Shown here piece after piece: positions 37,546-49,787 of a stretch of 64,000 bases of DNA. Below the pieces are notes generated by a model. That model was not told where the DNA came from. It did not search any database and was given only the letters and a program-made list of their open reading frames with translations. The position numbers were made by a program, and so were the translations under genes. This DNA is from Eledone cirrhosa. Lineage: Eukaryota. Position 1 is the stretch's first letter. Each line of letters starts with the position of its first letter. The DNA lies in contig OZ024750.1 of the NCBI GenBank assembly GCA_964016885.1, positions 34,720,001-34,784,000 of the forward strand, in the 5' to 3' direction.

Positions 37546-37709
37546 CATCTATATATATATATATGTATGTGTGAGTGTGTATATAAAAGACTGAGTGAGA
37601 TTTAAGAAAAGAAAGAAAAAAAACAAGGAAAAAACAAGAGGGGTTGGTATAAATTATAGCAGGCTGTTGTAGAGCTATCAAGTTGAACAAAGAACAGAGA
37701 TAATATTGA

Positions 37710-38542
37710 AGATGATGGTGGTGGTGGTTTGATGGTGGTGGTGTTGATGGTGATGGTGATGGTGGTGGTGGTGATGGTGGTGGTGTTGATGGTGATGGTG
37801 ATGGTGGTGGTTTGATGGTGGTGGTGTTGATGGTGATGGTGATGGTGGTGGTGGTGATGGTGGTGGTGTTGATGGTGATGGTGGTGGTGTTGATGGTGAT
37901 GGTGGTGGTGTTGATGGTGGTGGTGTTGATGGTGATGGTGATGGTGGTGGTGTTGATGGTGATGGTGGTGGTGTTGATGGTGGTGGTGTTGATGGTGATG
38001 GTGATGGTGGTGTGTTGATGGTGGTGGTGTTGATGGTGATGGTGATGGTGGTGGTGTTGATGGTGATGGTGATGGTGGTGGTGGTGATGGTGGTGGTGTT
38101 GATGGTGATGGTGGTGGTGTTGATGGTGATGGTGGTGGTGTTGATGGTGATGGTGGTGGTGTTGATGGTGGTGGTGTTGATGGTGATGGTGATGGTGGTG
38201 ATGGTGGTGGTGTTGATGGTGATGGTGATGGTGGTGGTGTTGATGGTGATGGTGGTGGTGTTGATGGTGATGGTGATGGTGGTGGTGTTGATGGTGATGG
38301 TGGTGGTGTTGATGGTGATGGTGATGGTGGTGGTGTTGATGGTGATGGTGGTGGTGTTGATGGTGATGGTGATGGTGGTGGTGTTGATGGTGATGGTGGT
38401 GGTGTTGATGGTGATGGTGATGGTGGTGGTGTTGATGGTGTTGATGGTATTGATGGTGATGCTGCTGCTGTTGCTGTTGCTGCTGCTGTTGCTGCTGTTG
38501 CTGCTGTTGCTGCTGTTGCTGCTGTTGCTGCTGCTGCTGATG
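37710..38542. repeat. (GGT/GAT/GTT)n trinucleotide array followed by (GCT/GTT)n
   Basis: Direct inspection; source of the poly-His/poly-Gln ORFs. Confidence 0.9.
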
Positions 38543-38611
38543 ATATAAAAACAGGCTGCTACATTGTAGTAACATGTCACTACCTGAATAATAATAACAT
38601 TGAACAGATGG

Positions 38612-38707
38612 ATCTCTCTCTCTCTCTCTCTTCCCATCTCTTCTCTCTCTCTCTTCCCTTCTCTTCTCTCTCTCTCTTCCCTTCTCTTTCTTCCCTTCTC
38701 TCTCTTC

Positions 38708-38738
<31 letters not shown>

Positions 38739-38820
38739 CTTCTCTCTCTCTCTTCTCTTCCCTCTCTCTCTTTTCTTCCCTTCTCTCTCTTTCTTCTCTC
38801 TCTCTCCTCTCTCTCTTTTT

Positions 38821-38917
<97 letters not shown>

Positions 38918-38930
38918 CTTCTCTCTCTCT
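38612..38930. repeat. (CT)n polypyrimidine microsatellite
   Basis: Direct inspection; a further pyrimidine-rich low-complexity tract lies at 39120-39580. Confidence 0.9.
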
Positions 38931-39894
38931 ATTTGAAAGATTTCATCTCCATTTTGATGCTCATTATAACTATTTTCATTAACTTGGATTATTTTATTAT
39001 TATTTGCCGAGATTAATTTTGCCTTTCATCCTTACGGGGTCGATAAAATAAAGTACCAGTAATACACTGGGGTAATTGCTGGCCTTGTGCCTAACGTAGA
39101 AACAATTATTATTATTATTCCTTCTTTTATCCTTTTTCTTCTTCTTCTTCTTTCAATCTTTCTTGCCTTCTTATTCCATTTTTTCTTTCCTCCTTTTCTT
39201 CCTTCTTTCTTTCCTTCCTTTCTTTCTTTTACTTTCTTTTTCTTTCTTCTTTTCCTATATTTATTTTATACCGTTTTTCTTTCCTTCCCACTTTCCCTCA
39301 TACCCACCCCTCTTCCTACCACCACCACCACCACCTTCTTTCCTTCTTTATTTCTTTTTTTCTTTCCTTCTTTATTTCTTTTTTTCTTTCCTCCTTTATT
39401 TCTTTTTCTTTCCTTTATTTCTTTTTTTCTTTCTTTATTTCTTTTTCTTTCTTTCCAATCTTTCTTTTCCTTCTCTTTCTTTCTTCTTTTCCTTTCTTCT
39501 CTTTCTTTCTTCTTTTCCTATATTTCTCCCCCCCTCCCCCGACCAACTCCTCTTCCCACCACCACCACCACCCTCCTCTTCTAATAAGGACACACACACA
39601 CACACACACACACCAACCACAAGTTTTTTTTTTCCAACCAGTTTCCTTCCTGTTTGGTACATGAAGGCTTATCTTGATTTGTGACATAGTAAAATAATTT
39701 TCTCATCAATACTTTATCCTGTGCCAGTAGACATGTTAATATATCTGGGAACATGTATCTCTATAACAGACGCATTCCTATCATAATGGCGCTTCTTACA
39801 TTAGAATTTCTTTTGGAAATATTTGCTTCTAAATATTATATGAATATGAAGAAAAGCCGCTGTTTAAATGTACTAAATATGACTGTTGGTTGCT

Positions 39895-40362
39895 TAGGTG
39901 GATTGGCAGTATCGGTAGAAGGTCGGACGCCATGCTTTGCAGCATAGAGTTACGGCCCTTTATGATCTGAGTTCAAATCTCGCCGAGGTTGACTTTGCCT
40001 TTCATCCTTACGGGGTCGATAAAATAAAGTACCAGTAATACACTGGGATAATTGCTGGCCTTGTGCCAAAAGTAGAAATAATAATTATTATTATTATTAC
40101 TTGATCTGAGTTCAAATCCCGCCGAGGTTAACTTTGCCTTTCATCCTTACGGGGTCGATAAAATAAAGTACCAGTAATACACTGGGATAATTGCTGGCCT
40201 TGTGCCAAAAGTAGAAATAATAATTATTATTATTATTACTTGATCTGAGTTCAAATCCCGCCGAGGTTAACTTTGCCTTTCATCCTTACGGGGTCGATAA
40301 AATAAAGTACCAGTAATGCACTGGGATAATTGCTGGCCTTGTGCCAAAAGTAGAAATAATTG
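39895..40362 (+). mobile_element. Family A SINE followed by two tandem copies of its 3' ~139 bp
   Basis: TGATCTGAGTTCAAATC...GTAGAAATAAT present three times. Confidence 0.85.
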
Positions 40363-40424
40363 TTATTTGTAACAAGTCTTCTCACTCATTACCCCTCTCT
40401 CATTCTCTCTGCCTATCTTTCTTT

Positions 40425-41000
40425 ATATATGTGTGTGTGTATGTGTATATGTGTGTTTGTATATTTATGTGTGTGTGTGTCTGTATATATATATATATGT
40501 GTTTGTATATTTATGTGTGTGTGTATATATATGTGCGTTTGTATATTTATGTGTGTGTGTGTGTGTGTATGTGTGTTTGTATATTTATGTGTGTGTGTGT
40601 GTGTATGTGTGTTTGTATATTTATATGTATGTGTGTGTGTGTATATATGTGTGTTTGTATATTTGTGTGTGTGTATTTGTGTGTGTATGTGTGTGTGTAT
40701 ATATATATATGTGTGTTTGTATATTTATGTGTGTGTGTGTGTATATATATATGTGTGTTTGTATATTTGTGTGTGTGTACATGTATATATGTGTTTGTGT
40801 GTTTATATATGTGTATGTTTATATATGTATATGTGTGTGTATATATATATATGTGTGTGTATATATATATATATATATTTATATATGGAATGTAAATAAT
40901 TTTTTTTAAATATATCTGTGTGTATATATATATGTTTATATATATATATATGTGTGTGTGGGTATTTGTATCTGTGTTTATATATTTATATATACATATA
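40425..41000. repeat. (TG)n/(TA)n compound microsatellite
   Basis: Direct inspection. Confidence 0.9.
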
Positions 41001-41314
41001 AATATATATCTCTATCCATATCTGTTATGGGTCTTTGCCCCCTTTCTTTTTCTGTCACATTGACTTGTAGTTTGAAGCTGATGATATCAAACTGTACTGA
41101 TGGGTCAAGTGCTTGCTTGTTAAGTGTTTTTCTTTTTTGGCCATAAAGACTTCTCATTCTTCTTACTGTGTGTCATCTCTTCAGTGAATCTTCTTTCCTG
41201 TTCCATGGAGTTTAACTGATCTTTTTCTTCTTCATTATACATTGTTTAATCTAAATATCACATATCTGTTTCACTTATTTTCTCATCATCATATTCTCTC
41301 AGCTATATTATTCT

Positions 41315-41485
41315 TGGTAGAGGGTCGGACGCCATGCTTTCCAGCATAGTTACGTCCCTTTACGATCTGAGTTCAAATCCCGCCGAGGTTAACTTTGCCT
41401 TTCATCCTTACGGGGTCGATAAAATAAAGTACCAGTAATGAACTGGGTAATTGCTGGCCTTGTGCCTAAAGTAGAAACAATTATT
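41315..41485 (+). mobile_element. Family A SINE, slightly 5'-truncated
   Basis: B box, core and tail motifs. Confidence 0.85.
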
Positions 41486-42264
41486 CTCTATTCATTTTCC
41501 TGTCCCCCAAGGACCAACAAGGAAACAAAACTGCCAATGATATTCTTAATTTTTGTCATGGAATACTACAAAACCTTCTTATCATTATATTAAGATATAG
41601 AGTTCATAGAGAGAAAAGGATTTTGTTTAGAGAGTAAATATTTACTTGTAGTTGTACTTGTAAACAATGATGTATCCTACAGACCCTTTACAGGGAGAGA
41701 TAACTGTCTAGCATATCAATGACCAGTTGGCTGAAAATGACCCACCACTGCTGCAACCAAAATCTGGTGCTAAGTGAGAGGGTGAGAGACTAACTGCTCT
41801 GTGTGTGACCAGAGCCACATTTAGACCTTGGGGTTCCCAGCGAATTTCAGGCTGAAGAGGGGGTATAGCTGTTCGTAGAGGGGGCCCTGTTTGACAAGGA
41901 GTGCCCAAGGCAATTGTACCCCCCCCCCCCAATAAATCTCACCCCATCTGCATCCCCACTTTTATAGAAGGAAGCCCTGGTGAGTTTACCAGAAATAAGA
42001 AGATATTACTATATTAGATGCGTACGATACATAAATACTGATATAGTTTAGAATAATTGCAATAACAACATATTTGTTGAGTTTTGAGTGAAGCATGGCT
42101 TTAATTAAGGCAAAGGTTTTTTTTTTTTTTTTTAAACCTTCAAATTCTTCATTAAATTTCAAATTAAGTGAAAAATATAATCCGTGTATTTCATAAAAAG
42201 TTAAAGGAGATAGCTACAGATTTATAACTAACCTAATGAAATATATTCCAAATTAGAATGAAAT

Positions 42265-42595
42265 AGATGGTGCCATGACAAAAAGCACACTGTCTACAAA
42301 CACTGTAAAGTGGTCATGTTGATGCCATGTCAAAAAGCACACAGCCCACACTGTAAAGTGGATGCGTTGGTGCCATGTCAAAAAGAGCGCAGTCCATACT
42401 GTAAAGTGGTTGTGTTGGTGCCACGACCAAAGGCACCCAGTCCACACTGTAAATGTGGTTGGCATTAGGAAAGGCATCCAGCCATAGAAACCAGTTCTGT
42501 ATGAGCAAAACATGGTCATCTGATCTGGCTTGTCTCACATTGACAACTTGTCTAACCCATGCTAGCATTGACAATGTTAGGCAATGATGATGATG
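42265..42595 (+). mobile_element. SINE 3' portion with four diverged ~48-bp modules and (ATG)n tail
   Basis: GTGCCATG.CAAAAAGCAC..AG.CCACACTGTAAAGTGG units are the reverse complement of the satellite monomer. Confidence 0.75.
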
Positions 42596-42821
42596 TGGAA
42601 ATATAGCTAATAAATGATAAGTTCATCAATGTTTTTTTCTAAGATTTCATCTATTGATATACTCTGGATTTATTTTTATATCCTCCTCCATAATATTCTG
42701 TCCCAAACTCACCAACATTAGTATTAGTTAGTATTAATTAGTATTAATCAGTGTAACTCAGCTTAGTTACTCTCCCAGTCCTTTTGAACCATTCTTATTA
42801 CTAACACATTCTCTGTATATT

Positions 42822-43278
42822 CTCTCTACACACACTCTACACATACTCTACACACACACTCTACACACACTCTACACATACTCTACACACACTCTACACA
42901 TACTCTACATATACTCTACACACTCTCTACACATACTCTACACACTCTCTACACATACTCTAAACACACTCTACACACACTCTACACATTATCTACACAT
43001 ATTCTACACATATTCTACACATACTATACACATACTCTACACATACTCTACACACACACTCTACACATACTCTACAATACTCTACACACACTCTACACAT
43101 ACTCTACACACACTCTACACATACTCTACACACACTCTACACACACACTTTACACACACTCTACACACACACTCTACACACACTCTACACATACTCTACA
43201 CATACTCTAAACACACTCTACACATTCTCTACACATATTCTACACATATTCTACACATACTCTACACATACTCTACAT
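42822..43278. repeat. (ACACAYACTCT)n ~11-bp minisatellite
   Basis: Direct inspection. Confidence 0.9.
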
Positions 43279-43711
43279 GTACTGTATAACGTTCTCTGTA
43301 TATTTAATACTTCTGCTGAATTATATTATGCCTTCACTGTGATACTCAAAATGCTATGAAAAGCCTTTATCCATAAATGCATTTATATATAAAAGCTTTT
43401 ATACATAAAGGCATCTATATTTAAATGTATGTACATGTATATAAATAAATCACACTACCATGCATATCTTAACATGTTACTACATGTCTGTGTCTGTGTA
43501 TGTGTGTATGTGACATGTATGTTTGTGACATGTGTGTTTGTGTGTGTATGTATGTATATATAAAAACATATGTCATTATATTTAGGCTGTAAGACAAATT
43601 AATCTGTGGTGTATATGTGTGTGCATGTATGAGTGTCTATATGTATATGTGTGTGTGTGCATGTCTATATATATATGTGTGTGTTTGTGTATGTGTGCAT
43701 GTCTCTCTCTT

Positions 43712-43742
<31 letters not shown>

Positions 43743-43797
43743 GTGTGTGTGTGTATGTGTGCATGTCTATATATATATGTATGTGTGTGTGTATGTG

Positions 43798-43842
<45 letters not shown>

Positions 43843-44041
43843 GTGTGTGTGTGCATATGTGCATGTCTATATATATTTATGTGTGTGCATGTGTGTGTGA
43901 AAGACTGTATAATTGTATTTAGCCTTCTGTACATATGTAGATGTCACAAACATGAGTTTTATTACATGTGCAATGATATCCTGTGTTTGACAAGTTGGCA
44001 CTATTACATATATAGACATACATTATCTCTTCAACTTCATA

Positions 44042-44450
44042 GGGCGGTGGATTGGCAGTATCGGTAGAGGGTCGGACACCATGCTGGGGTGGTGGATGGC
44101 AGTATCGGTAGAGGGTCGGACACCATGCTAGGGTGGTGGATTGGCAGTATCGGTAGAGGGTCGGACACCATGCTAGGGTGGTGGATTGGCAGTATCGGTA
44201 GAGGGTCGGACACCATGCTAGGGTGGTGGATTGGCAGTATCGGTAGAGGGTCGGACACCATGCTAGGGTGGTGGATTGGCAGTATCGGTAGAGGGTCGGA
44301 CACCATGCTTTCCAGCATAGTTACGTCCCTTTATGATCCAATCCCGCCGAGATTAACTTTACCTTTCATCCTTATGAGGTCGATAAAATAAAGTACCAGT
44401 AATGCACTGAGATAATTGCTGGCCTTGTGCCTATAGTAGAAACAATTATC
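44042..44450 (+). mobile_element. Family A SINE with its 45-bp head repeated six times
   Basis: GGGTGGTGGATTGGCAGTATCGGTAGAGGGTCGGACACCATGCTA x6, then the body. Confidence 0.85.
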
Positions 44451-44549
44451 TCTTCAACTACTGTCATTTAAATATGGAGAACGGACTCTAACATACATTA
44501 TTCCTGAATACATATATCAAATCAAGACACATATATATATATATATATA

Positions 44550-44663
44550 AGTTATTCCAGGTTGAATTGGAGGTAACCACAGTAAGTAAGGTACTCAATA
44601 CATAGCAGAGTATAAAAGTTTTAATATAAAAGAGCTTCTACAGGACTAGAACTGAAGCTCTTC
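44550..44663 (-). mobile_element. 5'-truncated family H2 element between (TA)n tracts
   Basis: Matches 37360-37465; ends in a short inverted repeat AGAGCTTC/GAAGCTCT. Confidence 0.75.
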
Positions 44664-44684
44664 TATATATATATATATATATAT

Positions 44685-44768
44685 ATAGGAACAAGTAAGA
44701 CCCCGACGGCTGAGCTCAAGCCGTTTCGACGGCTTGAGCTCAGCCATCGGGGTCTTACTTGTTCCTAT
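44685..44768. repeat. Hairpin (40-bp arms, TTCG loop) made from the 3' half of hammerhead family H3
   Basis: Left arm is nearly the reverse complement of 34815-34860; one mismatch between arms. Confidence 0.85.
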
Positions 44769-44902
44769 TACTCACTCTACTACCCTAAGTATTGAGTACT
44801 TTGGTGCGTTATGGTCCACCTGGTTCCTTACCACATTTCCTTCATTATATATATATATATATATATAAATATATATTGGAAAATTAACTGTCCGATTGAG
44901 TT

Positions 44903-44981
44903 TGTCTCCTGATGAGTTCGATACTCGAGATTTATCCTTAACAGGATATCTCAAAATACGGACGAAACCATCGTAGGGATA
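44903..44981 (+). ncRNA. Type I hammerhead ribozyme motif with extended stem II
   Basis: TGTCTC-CTGATGA-GTTCG..GAGAT.ATCCT-taac-AGGAT.ATCTC..CGGAC-GAAA-C-CATC-GTA-GGGATA. Confidence 0.8.
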
Positions 44982-45477
44982 TAATTACGGTATGTACCCA
45001 TTTCTTCTAACTTTAAATTTATACCTAATTGTGTATGGTTGACGGTATATTTGGTCAGTTTCTACATGCTGTTGAAATGTTGGGTAAATACTCTATAGTG
45101 GTCAACCACGAAGAGGCTGCTTTCGGTTATTTATCAAATATTTCTTCATAGGAGCCTTTATTCTTATAGCCTGGTCTAATTGATTTTTTATATGGTTAAT
45201 TATGCTAATTGGGAGAGGAAATAGTATATATTTTATCTAATAATTCTAAGGACATGATTTATGATATATATATATATATATACACACACACATATATATA
45301 TATATACATATACACACCTATTATATATCTATATCTATATATACATATATTGTTGTAATAATATTGCCAGAAATAATAACAGAACACACTCACTGTTTGG
45401 TTGGTTTTCGCTTCTGTATCTTTTATATCTCCGCAGTTAATTCATTTTGTCCTCAATGTTTATCATATATATATAGA

Positions 45478-45652
45478 CACGGCAAAAAGCACCCAGCCCA
45501 CATCGTAAATGTGGTTGGCGTTAGGAAGGGCATCTAGCCAGAAACACCCCTATATGAGCATGACATGGTCACCCGACCAAACTTGCCTCTAATTGGGACA
45601 AACCCATCTAACCCATGCTAGCGTAGAAGATGGACGTTAATCGATGATGATA
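45478..45652 (+). mobile_element. SINE 3' fragment (family B-type tail)
   Basis: GTGGTTGGCGTTAGGAAGGGCATC...CCCATGCTAGC...GGACGTTAA..GATGATGA. Confidence 0.75.
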
Positions 45653-45804
45653 TATATATATATATATATGTAGGAGGTGAGTTTTATTGTAGTACAATAA
45701 AGCAATGCAGATATCGGATAAGTAGCACTCTACAGTTTGGAGGACTGGAGTATACATGGAACTCTTTTAACCATCTTTTGATCTATATATATACATATAC
45801 ACAG

Positions 45805-46058
45805 TTCCGATATTACAGGCATGTGGTTAGAATGTCTAAGGAAAAAATCTCTGGACAGATTTTATGGGAAAAGCCATCAGGAAGCAGACCCAAACAAGAT
45901 GGTTGGATAACATCCATGAGCTGGGCTGATATTGCTTGTGGGGATCAAGCCAGATAAATTGGAGATGGTTGCTTCTTCTGACAGGACTCACTGGAAGGAG
46001 TATTTGATGACTCTCCTTCCACGACCCTCCCAGGAATAAGTGGGCAAAGAAGAAGAAA
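45805..46058 (+). mobile_element. Old RTE-like LINE 3' fragment
   Basis: Degenerate HVVRMSKEK...KPSG.RP..RW translation; (AAG)n tail. Confidence 0.55.
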
Positions 46059-46734
46059 TATCAACTGATTTCAATATCTGATTTATTTGAGTTTGTGAAG
46101 AAAGTGATGTTTAATCTTTACTACAATCACTTCTTCAATATATTTGTTATAATTGTTTAAATTCAAAATTGAACTGGTTATTTTCTCCTAATCATAGGAC
46201 TAAAAATATGAGTTATTTATCAGCCAAAATACATTTCTAAAACTCTCTTTCTGGAAAATTTCCACAAACTGTAGAAAAAGTAGTAATTTTCATCTTGTTT
46301 GTCAGAAAGTAAATGTTCTCTCAACAATGCAAAATATCTCCTGGAAACTATCCTTCAATTATTATTTTCTTTATTTTCTAGGACATAATTGGCATCTATT
46401 TCCAATTCTGGCAACCATTTCCTACTGATTTAAGCTGTGTAAATGCAAGCATCACTGAATGAAAGTAAAATACATTAAATTAGGATTTATTGGGGAAAAT
46501 TTTGAAATTTCTCATTTCACTTTCTTTATTAGAACTTAGAATTTAAAATAGATATTATTATTATTTTTATTTGTGAGATTATACTATAATATACAAAAGC
46601 AAATGTATCTGACCTGCAATGTGAATTCTTTTCATAATAACAATAATACTGATCTATAAATTACAAATTGCTTATCATAACTCATAAATGAAAGCGAATA
46701 TTTCAATACCCCCCCCCCTCTCTCTCTATCTCTC

Positions 46735-46765
<31 letters not shown>

Positions 46766-46911
46766 CATCATCTTCATCATCATCGTTTAACGTCTATCTT
46801 CCATGCTAGCATGGGTTTAAACGGGAATTGTCCCACTTGAGGCAAGATTGGTTGTCTTGCTCGTATATGACTGTCTGGCAGGTTTTCTACGGCTGGATGC
46901 CCTCCCATGTT

Positions 46912-47245
46912 ACAATAATACACATAAACAGAGACAGTACTTAATACAGTGTTGAACAGAACAGAAAGTGAATCTATTTTCTATATCTTAAGAAAATGTC
47001 AGCCTACAACAGTTGCTATTAATGTTCACCAAACAGCATTAAATAAGAACCTCTTATACTTTATTGTAATTTACCAGAACAACCATGTACATTTGGATAG
47101 TCTACCGTATCACATTATGTATGATATCAATACATCTTTATAGACAACCATCACTGATCATATGCTATGACAACATATCAAATAAACATGTTCATATTAT
47201 TATTATGAGGCCGGTGGATTAGCAGTATCGGTAGAGTGTCAGACA
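46912..47245 (+). repeat. Local ~330-bp duplication, paired with 50306-50672
   Basis: Near-identical non-repetitive sequence; this copy lacks ~40 bp after GTTGAACAGAACA. Confidence 0.9.
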
Positions 47246-47330
47246 GCCACGGTATATATATATATATATATATGAATTGTTAGGCTGTTAATATCATCAT
47301 CATCATTTTAACATTCACTCTCCCTGCTAG

Positions 47331-47391
<61 letters not shown>

Positions 47392-47392
<1 letters not shown>

Positions 47393-47790
47393 TCTGTAAT
47401 AGTAATATACGCGAACGGCAAAGCATAAACGAACTAAGGAAAAAATTAGAAATAAGAGGGATCAGATGTTGTTTACTCGAGAGAAGGCTACGTTGGTATG
47501 GACACGTGATGCGCATGAAAGACGACAGCTGTATAATAAAGTGCAGGGCAATAAAGATAGATGGTAGCCACGGAGTAGGCAGACCCAGAAAAACCTGGGA
47601 CGAGCTGATAAATTCCGACCTCACACACTTACACCTCTCCAAGACAATGTCACTGGACCGAGACCTTTGGCGGTACTCAGTAACAGAGAAGACCCGCGTT
47701 ACCTAAATACAAAGTAAAACCTACTACAGTCAGTAGGCATCTCTAACAAAATACCCTCCCCCCCGTCCCACCCCCCCCACCCCATCCACA
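47392..47790 (+). mobile_element. RTE/RTEX-like LINE 3' fragment next to (TA)n
   Basis: Translation ELRKKLEIRGIRCCLLERRLRWYGHVMRMKDDSCIIKC...GRPRKTW. Confidence 0.8.
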
Positions 47791-47799
47791 CCGCCCCTT

Positions 47800-48203
47800 T
47801 CAATGTAAAGTTATGTTGGTGCCACAAAATCCAGGCCGAAACAAATGAGGTGTCACGAAAAAAAAAAAACACACAGTCCACGCTGTAATGTGACCGTGTA
47901 GGCAACACGGTAAAAACGTCCCAGTCCCATACTGTAAATGTGGTTGGTGTTAGGAAGGGCATCCAGCTGTAGAAAACCTGCCAGACAGTCCACGCTGTAA
48001 TGTGGCCGTGTAGGCAACACGGTAAAAACCTCCCAGCCCCACACTGTAAATGTGGTTGGTGTTAGGAAGGGCATCCAACTGTAGAAAACCCGCCAGACAG
48101 TCCTATGCGAGCAAGACAACCACTCTTGCCTCAAGTGGGAAAACTCCCGTCCAAACCCATGCAAGCATGGAACACGGACGTTAAACAATGATGATGATGA
48201 TGA
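47800..48203 (+). mobile_element. SINE 3' portion with internal duplication
   Basis: GTGGTTGGTGTTAGGAAGGGCATCCA twice; (ATG)n tail. Confidence 0.75.
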
Positions 48204-48625
48204 TCATCATCATCATCATCACCGTTTTACGTCCGTTCTTCCACGCTAGCATGGGTTAGACGGGTTGTCCTGTTGTAGGCAGTGTCTAGTCAGCTGACCT
48301 TGTCTTGCTCATACGGGAACTGATTCTGGCTTGATTTCTATGGCTGGATGCTCTTCCTAACACCAACCTCATTTACAGTGAGTGCTGGGTGCTTTCTTTC
48401 TATGGCACCTACATGTCCACTTTACAGTGTGGGCTGCGTGCTTTTTTTCCATGGCACCTACACGTCCACTTTACAGTGTGGGCTCGGTGCTTTTTTGCCG
48501 TGGCACCTTCACGACCACTTTGCAGTGGAATGATAGGGACCCCAGTCCTATCATCTCATTTCTATAGCTGAGTAAACTGGAGCAATGTGAAAAAAGAAAG
48601 TGTCTTGCTCAAGGAAACAACACAT
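48204..48625 (-). mobile_element. 5'-truncated family B SINE, tail-to-tail with the previous element
   Basis: Reverse complement of the family B body, with three ~48-bp modules. Confidence 0.8.
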
Positions 48626-48764
48626 ATATATATACACAGAGATATCGACGGTAAGTTGTGGGGTCTAGTCTGCATGAAGAACTCAATGTAATCCATATGT
48701 TGAAAATGTTGTAGGTTAAAATAAATCCCAGAAAACAATAAAACATTAAAAGGAAAACAGAGTC

Positions 48765-48886
48765 ATGATATAAGTTAAAACAATGAAATAAAAAATCAAG
48801 TCATTAGAAATATACTTCACTGCTTGTGAAGTGAAGTATATTTCTAATGACTTGATTTTTTATTTCATTGTTTTAACTTATATCAT
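48765..48886. repeat. Inverted repeat, 57-bp arms, 8-nt loop, ending in (TA)n
   Basis: ATGATATAAGTTAAAAC...TATACTTCACT / AGTGAAGTATA...GTTTTAACTTATATCAT. Confidence 0.9.
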
Positions 48887-48902
48887 ATATATATATATAT
48901 AT

Positions 48903-49030
48903 AAATTTTAGCCTGATAGTGGGGTTTAGAACCCTCTAACAAATGGAGAAAGATGAATATTGAAGTACATTAATACTCATCTTTTTCAATTTCTTAGAGG
49001 GTTCTAAACCCCACTATCAGGCTAAAATTT
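48903..49030. repeat. Inverted repeat, ~59-bp arms, starting at (TA)n
   Basis: AAATTTTAGCCTGATAGTGGGGTTTAGAACCCTCTAA... / ...TTAGAGGGTTCTAAACCCCACTATCAGGCTAAAATTT. Confidence 0.9.
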
Positions 49031-49177
49031 CTTTAATCAAAAATACGGCGAAAATTTCTATTTCTATTTTAAAACTCACTCACTGTTTCAAAACAAACTT
49101 ATATATATACATATATATATCAATATATCATCATCATCATTGTTTTAATGTTTCCTTTCCCTGCTAGCATATACATA

Positions 49178-49787
49178 GTAATAATTGTTTCTACTTTTGG
49201 CACAAGGCCAGCAATTACCCAGTACATTACTGGTACTTTATTTTATCGAACCCATAAGGATGAAAGGCAAAGTTAACCTTGGCGGGATTTGAACTCAGAT
49301 CGTAAAGGGACATGACTATGCGGCAAAGCATGGAACCCAACTCTCTACCGATACTGCCAATTCACCGCCCTTATATAGTAATAATAATTGTTTCTACTTT
49401 TGGCACAAGGCCAGCAATTAACCAGTGTATTACTGGTACTTTATTTTATCGACCCCGTAAGGATGAAAGGCAAAGTTAACCTTGGCGGGATTTGAACTCA
49501 GATCGTAAAGGCCCGTAACTCCATGCTGCAAAGCATGGCGTCCAACCCTCTACCGATACTGCCAATCCACCACCCTTATATAGTAATAATAATAATAATT
49601 GTTTCTACTTTTGGCTCAAGGCTAGCAATTACCCAGTGTATTACTGGTACTTTATTTTATCGACCCCGTAAGGATGAAAGGCAAAGCTAACTTCAGCAGG
49701 ATTTCAACTCAGAACGTAAAGGGACATAACGCTATGCTGCAAATCATGTTGTCTGGCACTCTACTGATACTGCCAATCCGCCGCACT
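49178..49787 (-). mobile_element. Three tandem family A SINEs
   Basis: Three diverged full copies, each preceded by ATAGTAATAAT. Confidence 0.85.

Noticed and set aside
37529-38637. Poly-Gln/poly-His or poly-Thr protein
   Set aside because: Trinucleotide array open in several frames with no non-repetitive coding context; an exon cannot be fully excluded without RNA data
41808-41946. GC-rich segment resembling a DNA-transposon MITE
   Set aside because: Terminal inverted repeats too degenerate to support a call
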